Shown one piece after another: positions 1 through 10,094 of a stretch of DNA of 64,000 nucleotides. Source of the stretch: Clostridia bacterium (GTDB lineage: Bacteria > Bacillota > Clostridia > Monoglobales > Monoglobaceae); NCBI GenBank assembly GCA_045661045.1, contig JAZREZ010000051.1, positions 23,903-87,902 on the forward strand. Direction: 5' to 3'. The notes under the pieces were generated by a model. The model did not search any database, had not been told where the DNA came from, and saw only the letters and a list, made by a program, of their open reading frames with translations. Every line of letters starts with the position of its first letter. Position 1 is the first letter of the stretch. Made by a program: the position numbers and the translations under genes.

Positions 1-1286
<1,286 letters not shown>

Positions 1287-1301
1287 AATTCCGTTTCCTT
1301 T

Positions 1302-2415
1302 CTATAACTCGCCTCTTGATTTTGCAATAAGGTACGCATTTATAAATCCGTCTAAATCTCCGTCCATAACTGCGCCGATGTTACCAACCTCAAAATTCGT
1401 TCTGTGGTCTTTTACCATTGTGTAGGGATGGAACACATAAGAGCGTATCTGACTTCCCCATCCAATTTCAAGCTGAACACCTTTTAAATCCTCAATTTTT
1501 TCTTTCTGTTCACGCTCTGCAATTTCGATAAGCTTTGATTTGAGCATCTTCATTGCAGTTTCGCGGTTCTTGTGCTGAGAACGCTCATTCTGACAAGTAA
1601 CCACAAGTCCTGTCGGTATATGCGTTATACGGATTGCAGACTCGGTCTTGTTTATGTGCTGACCGCCCGCTCCGCTTGCACGATAGGTGTCAACCTTTAA
1701 ATCCTCCGCATTAATCGCAACATCAATATCATCTTCTATTTCTGGCATTACCTCAGCTGATGCAAAAGAGGTATGCCGTCTTGCCGCAGAGTCAAAGGGT
1801 GAAATTCGCACCAAGCGGTGAACGCCCTTTTCAGCTTTAGCATAGCCATATGCATTTAAGCCCTCGACCAAAAATGTTATACTCTTAAGTCCCGCTTCTT
1901 CGCCGTCTAAAAAGTCAAGAGTTTCTACCTTAAATCCCTTGCGCTCTGCCCAATGGGTATACATACGATAAAGCATCTCGCACCAATCCTGTGCCTCGGT
2001 TCCGCCCGCTCCCGCATGGAGTGTTATTATGGCGTTATTTTTATCGTATTTACCCGAAAGCATAGTTTCAAGCTTCATGTTTTCAAGGTTTTCGCTAAGG
2101 GTTTTATAACCGCTTTTTACCTCATCAAGCACGCTTTCATCATTTTCTTCTAATGCAAGCTCTACAAGAGTTTTGGTATCCTCCCACAAAGACACAAGGT
2201 TTGTATACCTTTGAAGCTTATCACGAAGCCCCTTGATTTTCTGCATAATCTTACCCGCATTTTCCATATCGTCATAAAAGTCGGGTGCCATACTTTTATT
2301 CTCGAGTTCACTTAGCTCATTTTCCGTCTTTTCTATGCTAAAGTGAATCCCTCAAATCTGTTATGTCTTTTTTCATTCCCTCAAGCTGAAGCTTATACTC
2401 ATCAAAAGCTATCAC
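1302..2415 (-). CDS. prfB: Peptide chain release factor 2, made from two frames joined by a programmed +1 frameshift (frame 0 2415..2341, +1 frame 2339..1302)
   Basis: The ORF track lists only 1302..2291. SPF (RISPFDS) and GGQ motifs are present. The 16 codons upstream of the listed Met stay open (SIEKTENELSELENKS). A 25-codon frame-0 ORF starts at GTG 2415 (VIAFDEYKLQLEGMKKDITDLRDSL) and ends at CTT TAG C, where RF2 genes carry their shift site. The joined product is about 370 aa. The GTG start is tentative (AAGGA about 9 nt upstream). Confidence 0.85.
2338..2353 (-). promoter_or_regulatory. RF2 +1 frameshift cassette: SD-like GAGGGA (2353..2348), slippery CTT (2343..2341), in-frame stop TAG (2340..2338)
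   Basis: Minus strand reads TTGAGGGATTCACTTTAGCATAGAA. Skipping T2340 continues as AGC ATA GAA into the RF2 body. Confidence 0.75.
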
Positions 2416-2429
2416 ATAATCACATCCTT

Positions 2430-5186
2430 TTATTGTTCTTTGTCAATACAGCAGTTTTTATATTTCTTGCCGCTTCCGCATGGGCATGGGTCATTTCTGC
2501 CTACCTTTACCTCTTTGCGAATTGGCTTTTTAACAACCGTTCCGTCACCGCCGTGACTTGCTGAAAGCGGTTTTACTACTTGTACTCTTTCAATTTTACT
2601 TCTCGGAACTGCGTGGAAAATGTTTTTGACAGTATCTTCCTTGATGCCATCAATCATTTCTTCAAACATATCCATAGCCTCAAATTTATATTCAACAACG
2701 GGGTCACGCTGAGCATACGCTCTTAAGTTTATCCCCTGACGGAGCTGTTCCATATTGTCAATATGATCCATCCATCTTCTGTCAACCACACGAAGCATCA
2801 GGACACGCTCAACCTCACGCATAACCTCGCCGAATTCTGCCTCTTTTTCGGTATATTTTTGCATTACATACTCAAAGATACGCTCTTTAAGGCTTTCACG
2901 GCTTAAGTGGTCCATCTCGTGAGCACTTATATCAAATGTATCAGGCGAAAGCTCGCCAAAAACTGTAAATATATGCTCTTTAAGTCCTGCAAAATCCCAT
3001 TCTTCAGCAAATTCGGAGCTTGCTGAATATTTTGCAATTATATTTGAAACTGTCTGTTCAGCCATAGATATGATATTGTTCTTCATATCCTCGCCATTTA
3101 AAACCCTGTTTCTCTGGTCATAGATTATCTCGCGTTGTTGATTGTTAACATCATCATACTGAAGAACATGCTTTCTTATATCAAAGTTTCTGCCCTCAAC
3201 TCTGCGCTGTGCGGTTTCAATTGTGTTTGAAAGCATCTTGCTTTCAATTGCTTCGCTTTCGGCAAAACCAAATGTTTCCATAACTCGCGCAACTCTCTCG
3301 GGGGCAAACAAACGCATAAGGTCATCCTCAAGGGAGAGATAAAATCTTGATGCACCAACATCACCTTGTCTACCGCTTCGGCCTCTTAACTGATTATCGA
3401 TACGGCGGCTCTCGTGGCGTTCTGTACCCATTATATAAAGACCGCCCGCCTCTAAAACTTCCTTTTGTTCAGGCTCTATTTCATGCTTAAATCTGTCATA
3501 CAATTCACGATATGTCTTTCGGGCGTTTAAGATTTCTTCGTTATCGGTTTCAGCAAAACCCGTTGCCTGAACGATAAGCTCTTCGGTAAAGCCCTGCTTT
3601 TCCATTTCAGCCTTTGCCATAAATTCGGCATTACCGCCAAGAACGATATCTGTACCACGACCCGCCATATTGGTAGCAATGGTAACTGCACCCTTTTTGC
3701 CGGCTTGTGCAACAATCTCAGCTTCTTTATCGTGAAATTTAGCGTTTAAGACATTGTGCTTAATTCCACGCTTTTTGAGCATCTTGCTTAAAAGCTCCGA
3801 CTTTTCAATTGATACTGTACCAATTAAAACCGGCTGTCCCTTTGCGTTTACTCTTTCAACCTCGTCAATTACTGCATTGAATTTTGCAAGCTCGGTCTTA
3901 TAGATACTGTCGGGTAAATCTTTGCGGGCAAGAGGCTTATTTGTCGGGATAACGATTACATCAAGTCTGTAAATCTCCTGAAATTCCTCTTCTTCTGTCT
4001 GTGCCGTACCCGTCATACCTGAAAGCTTTTTATAAAGCCTGAAAAAGTTCTGGAATGTAATGGTCGCAAGAGTTTTGCTTTCGTTCTCGACCTTAACTCC
4101 CTCTTTTGCCTCAATCGCCTGATGAAGTCCATCGCTATAACGCCTACCAAGCATCATTCTGCCTGTAAACTCATCAACGATGATTACCTCACCATCTTTT
4201 ACCACATAATCCTTATCTCTTTTCATAACGCCTATTGCTTTTATCGCCTGATTTATGTGGTGAGAAATCGTCATATTTTCAGGGTCAGTTAAATTATCTA
4301 TACCAAAAGCCGACTCTGCCTTTGAAACACCCTTTGGTGTAAGGGTGGCTGTATGAGCTTTTTCATCTACGATATAATCATAATCGTCAAAGCCCGCCTC
4401 CTCATCATCAACCTTTGAATCAGTTTCGACAACCTTTTTGAATTTAAGCGTCTTTGCAAATCTGTCAGCCTGAACATAAAGGTCGGTGGACTTATCCCCC
4501 GCCCCCGAAATAATAAGCGGTGTTCTTGCCTCGTCAATTAAGATACTATCCACCTCATCAACGATTGCAAACGCGTGTCCGCGCTGAACCTTATCCTCTT
4601 TGAAGATAACCATATTGTCACGCAGATAGTCAAAACCCATTTCGTTATTTGTACCGTAGGTTATATCCGCATTGTAGGCGGTTTTTCTCTCTTCCTTTTC
4701 TTTCTCGTGAATAATCAGTCCAACCGTCAATCCTAAAAAGTTATATAATTTACCCATCCACTCGCTGTCACGCTTTGCAAGATAATCATTTACAGTAACA
4801 ATATGAACGCCGTTTCCTGTAAGTCCGTTTAAATATGCAGGCAGTGTTGCAACCAATGTTTTACCTTCACCTGTTTTCATTTCGGCAATTCTGCCCTGAT
4901 GGAGAACTATACCGCCCACAATCTGTACGGGAAAATGCTTCATTCCAAGCACACGCCATGATGCCTCTCTGCAGACTGCAAATGCTTCAGGCAGTATATC
5001 GTCTGTAGTTTCACCATTTTTAAGGCGTTTTTTAAATTCATCGGTCATAGCACGAAGCTCTGCATCAGATTTTTTCTCCATTGTTTCTTCAAGGTATAAA
5101 ACCTTATTCATTATAGGATAAATCTTCTTAAGCTCTCTGTCACTATAGGTGCCGACAACCTTTTCAATTATATTTTTAAAACTCAT
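2430..5186 (-). CDS. secA: Preprotein translocase ATPase SecA
   Basis: Has the DEAD-like motor motif ([20 protein letters not shown]) and the C-terminal zinc finger [13 protein letters not shown]. The start is placed at ATG 5186 ([12 protein letters not shown]), not the upstream in-frame extension in the ORF track. Confidence 0.95.
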   Translation of the reverse strand: MSFKNIIEKVVGTYSDRELKKIYPIMNKVLYLEETMEKKSDAELRAMTDEFKKRLKNGETTDDILPEAFAVCREASWRVLGMKHFPVQIVGGIVLHQGRIAEMKTGEGKTLVATLPAYLNGLTGNGVHIVTVNDYLAKRDSEWMGKLYNFLGLTVGLIIHEKEKEERKTAYNADITYGTNNEMGFDYLRDNMVIFKEDKVQRGHAFAIVDEVDSILIDEARTPLIISGAGDKSTDLYVQADRFAKTLKFKKVVETDSKVDDEEAGFDDYDYIVDEKAHTATLTPKGVSKAESAFGIDNLTDPENMTISHHINQAIKAIGVMKRDKDYVVKDGEVIIVDEFTGRMMLGRRYSDGLHQAIEAKEGVKVENESKTLATITFQNFFRLYKKLSGMTGTAQTEEEEFQEIYRLDVIVIPTNKPLARKDLPDSIYKTELAKFNAVIDEVERVNAKGQPVLIGTVSIEKSELLSKMLKKRGIKHNVLNAKFHDKEAEIVAQAGKKGAVTIATNMAGRGTDIVLGGNAEFMAKAEMEKQGFTEELIVQATGFAETDNEEILNARKTYRELYDRFKHEIEPEQKEVLEAGGLYIMGTERHESRRIDNQLRGRSGRQGDVGASRFYLSLEDDLMRLFAPERVARVMETFGFAESEAIESKMLSNTIETAQRRVEGRNFDIRKHVLQYDDVNNQQREIIYDQRNRVLNGEDMKNNIISMAEQTVSNIIAKYSASSEFAEEWDFAGLKEHIFTVFGELSPDTFDISAHEMDHLSRESLKERIFEYVMQKYTEKEAEFGEVMREVERVLMLRVVDRRWMDHIDNMEQLRQGINLRAYAQRDPVVEYKFEAMDMFEEMIDGIKEDTVKNIFHAVPRSKIERVQVVKPLSASHGGDGTVVKKPIRKEVKVGRNDPCPCGSGKKYKNCCIDKEQ

Positions 5187-5223
5187 AGTTTTAATCAATC
5201 CTCTCAAGAAATCAATTACTTCT

Positions 5224-5252
5224 ATTCTACCACTATTATTCAGCTTTTGCAA
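5224..5252 (-). promoter_or_regulatory. SigA-type promoter for secA: TTGCAA, 17-bp spacer, TAGAAT with TG at -15/-14
   Basis: Minus strand reads TTGCAAaagctgaataatagtggTAGAAT, about 40 nt upstream of the secA start. Confidence 0.6.
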
Positions 5253-5287
5253 GGAAAATATTGCGTATTTTTTTAATTCAAGAATAT

Positions 5288-5316
5288 TTGACAAAGATGA
5301 GCAATTATGTTAAAAT
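5288..5316 (+). promoter_or_regulatory. SigA-type promoter for lysA: TTGACA, 17-bp spacer, TAAAAT
   Basis: Reads TTGACAaagatgagcaattatgtTAAAAT. The leader is only about 30 nt, too short for a riboswitch. Confidence 0.6.
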
Positions 5317-5352
5317 TTAAAGAATTGCAGATATTTTCAGGAGGAGATAAAA

Positions 5353-6654
5353 ATGCAGTTTATTATGGACTGTTTAAGTATAAACGAAAACGGAAATCTT
5401 GCGATGGGCGGTTGCGACTTAAAGCAAATTGCAAATCAGTTCGGCACACCCGCTTATGTTATGGACGAAAACACAATCAGAAGCAACTGCCGTGCCTATG
5501 TAAATTCTATTAAAGAACACTACGACGGCAACGGTCTTGCTCTTTATGCCAGCAAGGCACTTTCCTGCAAATACATATACAAACTCATAAAAGAAGAAAA
5601 TATGGGTATAGATGTAGTATCAGGCGGTGAGATGTATACCGCTCTTCAGGCGGGCTTTCCTGCTGAAAAGATATACTTTCACGGCAACAACAAAACAGAC
5701 GAAGAACTTCGTATGGCTCTTTCAAATAATATCGGGTGTATTGTGGTTGACAATAAGTTTGAACTTGCTCATCTGAACGATATTGCTAAGGAAATGAACA
5801 AACGCCCAAACATTATGTTCAGAATTAAGCCGGGTGTTGATGCTCACACCCACAGTTTCGTTATGACGGGGCAGATTGACTCAAAATTCGGCGTAGCTCT
5901 TGAAACGGGCGAGGCTGAAGAAATTGTCGCTCTTGCTCTTTCGCTTGAAAATGTAAATTTACTCGGTTTTCATTGCCACATAGGCTCACAGATTTTTGAG
6001 CTTGAACCATTTGAAAAAACTGCCGAGGTTATGGTAAACTTTATTGCCGAAATTAAAGAAAAATACGGTTTTGAAGCATCTGTTCTCAATTTAGGCGGAG
6101 GCTTTGGCTGTAAATATATAAACTCCGATACTCCCATCAACTATGGCGAATATATGAAGGCAGTTTCAAAGGTGGTAAAGGAAACTGCCGAAAAGCGTGA
6201 CATTGCTCTGCCCTTTATTCTTGTTGAACCGGGGCGTTCTATTGTAGCTGAGGCGGGACTTACCTTATACACAGTCGGAACAGTAAAAGAAATTCCAAAT
6301 ATCCGCACTTATGTATCAGTTGACGGTGGTATGGCTGACAACCCAAGATATATCCTTTATCAATCAGAATACACCGCAGTTGCAGTTGAAAATCCCGCCG
6401 CAACAGATTTAAAACCCGTTACAATTGCGGGCAGATGTTGTGAATCGGGTGACTTGATAGGCGAAAATATGATGCTTTCCGATGTTAAGTCGGGTGATAT
6501 TGTGGCAATACTTACAACAGGTGCGTACAACTATTCAATGGCAAGCAATTATAACAGACTGCCAAAACCGCCTCTTGTTGTAATAAAGGATTCAAAGCCA
6601 TCTTTGGCAATTAAACGCCAGACTTATGAACAGTTGATAGAAAACGATTTATAG
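5353..6654 (+). CDS. lysA: Diaminopimelate decarboxylase
   Basis: 433 aa. PLP-dependent Orn/DAP/Arg decarboxylase fold with EPGRSIVAEAG and CCESGD motifs. RBS is AGGAGGAG. Confidence 0.9.
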   Translation: MQFIMDCLSINENGNLAMGGCDLKQIANQFGTPAYVMDENTIRSNCRAYVNSIKEHYDGNGLALYASKALSCKYIYKLIKEENMGIDVVSGGEMYTALQAGFPAEKIYFHGNNKTDEELRMALSNNIGCIVVDNKFELAHLNDIAKEMNKRPNIMFRIKPGVDAHTHSFVMTGQIDSKFGVALETGEAEEIVALALSLENVNLLGFHCHIGSQIFELEPFEKTAEVMVNFIAEIKEKYGFEASVLNLGGGFGCKYINSDTPINYGEYMKAVSKVVKETAEKRDIALPFILVEPGRSIVAEAGLTLYTVGTVKEIPNIRTYVSVDGGMADNPRYILYQSEYTAVAVENPAATDLKPVTIAGRCCESGDLIGENMMLSDVKSGDIVAILTTGAYNYSMASNYNRLPKPPLVVIKDSKPSLAIKRQTYEQLIENDL

Positions 6655-6664
6655 GAGGCATATT

Positions 6665-7345
6665 ATGCTTGATATTCTTTTTAGTTCGGGAATGTCATTT
6701 TCCGACAAATTAGTATATATATTGATAATTGCATTCTGCGTGCTTTTATCCCTCTCGGTTCACGAGCTGTCACACGGATTTGCAGCATATCTTCTGGGCG
6801 ATAAAACCGCAAAATATTCGGGCAGATTATCCCTTAATCCTATGCATCACCTTGACCCGTTCGGTGCGCTTTGTTTATTCTTGTTTGGATTTGGATGGGC
6901 AAGACCCGTACCCATCAACCCTATGTATTTTAAAAACAAAAAGGGCGGTATGGCAATCACTGCACTCGCAGGTCCCATTTCAAACTTTGTAGTGGCATTT
7001 TTGGCAGAAATTGGTGTTGTGATTTTAGGCGGACTTACCTTTAAGTCGGATACTTCTTTCGTATTTAACCTTGCAAGTGTAAGTTACTCAATATGCTATT
7101 ATCTTACTATTCTTAATATTGGACTTGGCTTGTTTAATTTAATCCCTGTTCCGCCTCTTGACGGCTCAAAGATTTTAAACGCAATTCTGCCGCAAAGAAT
7201 TTATTTTAAGATAATGCAATACGAACGCTATGGTTTTATAATTCTGATAATTTTGATAAATCTGCCGATATTCAATTATATTTTAAGTGCAGGCAGAGCG
7301 GGAATTTTAAACTTTTTTGATATGATAATAAATTTATTTTTATAG
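6665..7345 (+). CDS. Peptidase M50 (site-2 protease family) membrane metalloprotease
   Basis: HELSHGF (HExxH) lies in the first TM region, and NLIPVPPLDGSKIL sits later. The protein is polytopic. Confidence 0.8.
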   Translation: MLDILFSSGMSFSDKLVYILIIAFCVLLSLSVHELSHGFAAYLLGDKTAKYSGRLSLNPMHHLDPFGALCLFLFGFGWARPVPINPMYFKNKKGGMAITALAGPISNFVVAFLAEIGVVILGGLTFKSDTSFVFNLASVSYSICYYLTILNIGLGLFNLIPVPPLDGSKILNAILPQRIYFKIMQYERYGFIILIILINLPIFNYILSAGRAGILNFFDMIINLFL

Positions 7346-7348
7346 GGT

Positions 7349-7377
7349 GTTAACGCGAAAGTTCCTTTCGCGTTAAC
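7349..7377. other. Perfect 13-bp-stem hairpin GTTAACGCGAAAG-ttc-CTTTCGCGTTAAC, with no U-tract
   Basis: Read directly, 4 nt after the M50 gene stop. It may terminate the M50 gene or be a protein-binding palindrome. Confidence 0.5.
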
Positions 7378-7531
7378 GTCTCCGACGGATTTAATTGCCC
7401 ATGCGAAATTTTCTTCGCTGTTGCTCAGAAACGCACATGGGCGTAAAAATCTCTTACCCTTCCTTGCCATACGGATAAGAGAATATTGATTACTGTTTGT
7501 GCCGCCGTATGGCGGCGGAATGGAGATTTTT

Positions 7532-8299
7532 ATGGAGCAGTTAAATTTTAAGCTGGATAGCTTCGAGGGGCCCCTTGACCTTCTTCTTATGCTAATCCGC
7601 AAAAACAAGGTAAGCATATACGATATTCCCATCTCGTTAATCCTTGACCAATATCTTGCCGTTATGGGCAAGATGCAGGAAATGGATTTAGAGGTATCGA
7701 GTGAATTTTTGGTGCTTGCCGCAACATTGTTACAGATTAAATCAAAGCTGCTTCTTCCCAAAACCGAAGAGGAAGCCGAGGACGACATTGACCCCAGAGA
7801 AGAGCTTGTGCGTCGTCTTACCGAATACAAAAAGGTTAAAGAATCCATTGGCTTTTTCAAAGAGAGAGAAAATATTGGTGCATCTATGTATTTCAAGGCT
7901 CCTGATGCGATTGAAAGACCGCCCGCAGAGCTTGATTTGACACTTCTTACCCCTGAGAATTTAATTCTTGCGTATAAGCGTGCATACCAGAGGCTTGAGC
8001 GCAAATTACCACCGCCAAAGACCTCATTCAGCGGTATTGTAGGTCACGAAAAGGTATCTATTCGTTCCAGAGTTTCTATTATCTGGAAAACTATAATCAA
8101 AAAGGGCAAAACTCTGTTTAAGGACATTTTTTCGGCGGCTAAAACTAAGCCCGAAGCAGTTGCTTCTTTTCTTGCGGTGCTTGAGCTTATTAAGCTTAAA
8201 AAAATCAGGGTTGAATATGACGAAAGCGGCGACATATCAAATCCGAATGTTTATTGTGATGATACATCAGACCTTGACATTGAGATGATTGAGGATTAA
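7532..8299 (+). CDS. scpA: Segregation and condensation protein A
   Basis: MEQLNFKLDSFEGPLDLLLMLIRKNKVSIYDIPI matches the kleisin ScpA N-terminus. Start is at ATG 7532 (GGAG 6 nt upstream). ATG 7520 is an alternative. Confidence 0.9.
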   Translation: MEQLNFKLDSFEGPLDLLLMLIRKNKVSIYDIPISLILDQYLAVMGKMQEMDLEVSSEFLVLAATLLQIKSKLLLPKTEEEAEDDIDPREELVRRLTEYKKVKESIGFFKERENIGASMYFKAPDAIERPPAELDLTLLTPENLILAYKRAYQRLERKLPPPKTSFSGIVGHEKVSIRSRVSIIWKTIIKKGKTLFKDIFSAAKTKPEAVASFLAVLELIKLKKIRVEYDESGDISNPNVYCDDTSDLDIEMIED

Positions 8300-8322
8300 A
8301 ATACATATAAAGAGGAAATATT

Positions 8323-8925
8323 ATGGAAATAAGAGAAATTCAGGCAATAATCGAAGGGGTACTTTTTGCGGCAGGGGATGCCGTTGAGCTTGAGAGGCTT
8401 GCGGACATTGTAGATGTTGACAAAAGGTCACTTCGCGAAATCTTAAAAAAGATGATGGACACTTACAACTACGAACGGCGAGGTATACACATTATTCGTA
8501 TGGATGACAGCTATCAGCTTGCAACTCGTGGCGAATATGTCGAATATATCTCACGCCTTGCAGAGCCACCTAGAAAACAGAACTTATCAAATGCGGCTTT
8601 GGAGGTTTTGTCCATTGTTGCATACAAACAGCCTGTTACAAGAAACTCTATCGAGCATATCAGGGGCGTTAACTGTGACTACATAGTAAATCGCCTGATT
8701 GAGCGCAATTTTATTGAAGAAAAGGGGCGTCTTGATGCTCCCGGAAGACCCATATTATTTGGAACAACTCAGCACTTTTTAAGGACATTTGGCGTTTCAT
8801 CTCTTGAAGAGCTTCCCGATTTTGACTCTCTTGGTGAGTCTGCTGAAGATTTAGAGCAAATCGAAATGGAGGGTGTTCTCACTCAGGAAAATATGGACAA
8901 CCTCCCAACCGAAACAGATTTTTAA
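8323..8925 (+). CDS. scpB: Segregation and condensation protein B
   Basis: 200 aa with IEGVLFAAGDAV and EVLSIVAYKQPVTRNSIEHIRGV winged-helix motifs. It follows scpA. Confidence 0.9.
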   Translation: MEIREIQAIIEGVLFAAGDAVELERLADIVDVDKRSLREILKKMMDTYNYERRGIHIIRMDDSYQLATRGEYVEYISRLAEPPRKQNLSNAALEVLSIVAYKQPVTRNSIEHIRGVNCDYIVNRLIERNFIEEKGRLDAPGRPILFGTTQHFLRTFGVSSLEELPDFDSLGESAEDLEQIEMEGVLTQENMDNLPTETDF

Positions 8926-8937
8926 CGAGGTAGACTT

Positions 8938-9585
8938 ATGATTTATCTTTTGATAATTCTGTGTGTTCTCATTTTAATACTTTCTTTTGTCTTTATAGGG
9001 CACATAACTATTGATTTAGCCCTTAACGACAATCTTTTAACCCTTTTAATCAGGCACACATTTTACAAAAAGAGGATTGAAATTGACTTAAACAACCCAA
9101 AACCGAGAAATAAAAAGCCTGACGAAAAACAAGTTTCATTTTCGGACATAAAGGGCAAAGTTTTCAAAAAGGATTCAGGCCTTGATTTTGACGAACTCAA
9201 AAAACTAAAAAACGAATACTTTTCCGCGTACGCCGAGGTTTTAGATATTGTAAAATCTCTGCTTGGAAGAACAAAATGTAAAATCAAGATACCTGTTTTA
9301 AAAATTTCGGTTAACTATGGCACTGGAAACGCTGCAGCAACCGGAATGATTTATGGCTCTTTCTGGAGCCTGATTGGGATTATATATCCCACCCTTACAA
9401 GATATTTTAAGATTGTCTATCCGACACTTGATATTACCCCCGATTTTTATGGGGAACGATTTGAGATTTCTGTTAAGAGTATAATTAAGGTAAGAGCCGT
9501 GCATATTATGAATGCGGGTTTTTCGGCATTACTTACCTATTTAAAAAATAAAAAGAAAAAGGATGTGAATAAGAATGGCAGATAA
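8938..9585 (+). CDS. DUF2953 (YtfI-like) sporulation-associated membrane protein
   Basis: Has an N-terminal TM segment and a YGTGNAAATGMIYG motif. It lies immediately upstream of ytfJ, as in other sporeformers. Confidence 0.6.
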   Translation: MIYLLIILCVLILILSFVFIGHITIDLALNDNLLTLLIRHTFYKKRIEIDLNNPKPRNKKPDEKQVSFSDIKGKVFKKDSGLDFDELKKLKNEYFSAYAEVLDIVKSLLGRTKCKIKIPVLKISVNYGTGNAAATGMIYGSFWSLIGIIYPTLTRYFKIVYPTLDITPDFYGERFEISVKSIIKVRAVHIMNAGFSALLTYLKNKKKKDVNKNGR

Positions 9586-10024
9586 GCACCCAATTGAGGG
9601 AATTATGTATACTGCTCTTCAAGGACTTAAGGAAATGATAGATGTAAACACCATCGTAGGTGACCCTATCACATCTCCCGATGGCTCGGTTATTATTCCA
9701 ATTTCAAAGGTTGCTATGGGCTTTGGTGTTGGCGGTAGTGAATTTGAAAAGGCTAATTCCAGAAAGAGTGAAACTGATCCTAAACACTTATTTGGCGGCG
9801 GTACCGGTGGCGGTATTTCACTTACACCTGAGGCATTTTTAGTTGTTGGCAACGGCAAAATAAGAATGATTTCGGTTACTCCGCAGAACAGCATTTATGA
9901 TAGACTTTTAGACATTGCACCTGCCGCTATTGACAGAGTTGCAGAAATGTTTAAACCTAAAGACAAGCGTGCTGAAGAGGTAACAATCGAATACGCAGAA
10001 TATTCAGACACTACAGAGAACTAA
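9575..10024 (+). CDS. ytfJ: Sporulation protein YtfJ (GerW family)
   Basis: IVGDPITSPDGSVIIPISKVAMGFGVGGSEF and GGGTGGGISLTPEAFLVV are typical of GerW/YtfJ. Confidence 0.8.
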   Translation: MADKHPIEGIMYTALQGLKEMIDVNTIVGDPITSPDGSVIIPISKVAMGFGVGGSEFEKANSRKSETDPKHLFGGGTGGGISLTPEAFLVVGNGKIRMISVTPQNSIYDRLLDIAPAAIDRVAEMFKPKDKRAEEVTIEYAEYSDTTEN

Positions 10025-10026
10025 TT

Positions 10027-10053
10027 AAAGGGAGAACGATGCGTTCTCCCTTT
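10027..10053 (+). terminator. Intrinsic terminator after ytfJ
   Basis: AAAGGGAGAACG-atg-CGTTCTCCCTTT, a 12-bp stem ending in TTT. Confidence 0.7.
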
Positions 10054-10060
10054 AATTATG

Positions 10061-10090
10061 AAAAAAAGGCTGTCAAACTGACAGCCTTTT
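10061..10090. terminator. Bidirectional terminator (serves the convergent symporter gene)
   Basis: A7-GGCTGTC-aaact-GACAGCC-T4. Confidence 0.7.
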
Positions 10091-10094
10091 AAAT

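Noticed and set aside
2413-2417. ATG-TGA start-stop mini-ORF overlapping the proposed prfB GTG start.
   Set aside because: It is probably a coincidence of overlapping triplets. No evidence for function can be drawn from sequence alone. It does add uncertainty to the exact prfB initiation codon.
5187-5294. 36-codon upstream extension of secA. Similar upstream extensions appear for rqcH, nusB, tgt, spoIID, purL, purO, yajC and secF.
   Set aside because: In each case the family-typical N-terminus begins at an internal ATG with a proper RBS. The extensions run through the predicted promoter or the upstream gene.
7276-8004. 242-aa minus-strand ORF antisense to scpA. Similar long antisense ORFs occur at 811..1206, 16739..17134, 26092..26568, 32026..32565, 37195..37680 and 51985..52542.
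   Set aside because: All lie fully inside well-supported genes on the other strand. They have low-complexity Ser/Ile/Leu-rich translations, no RBS and no recognisable motifs. They are typical shadow ORFs.
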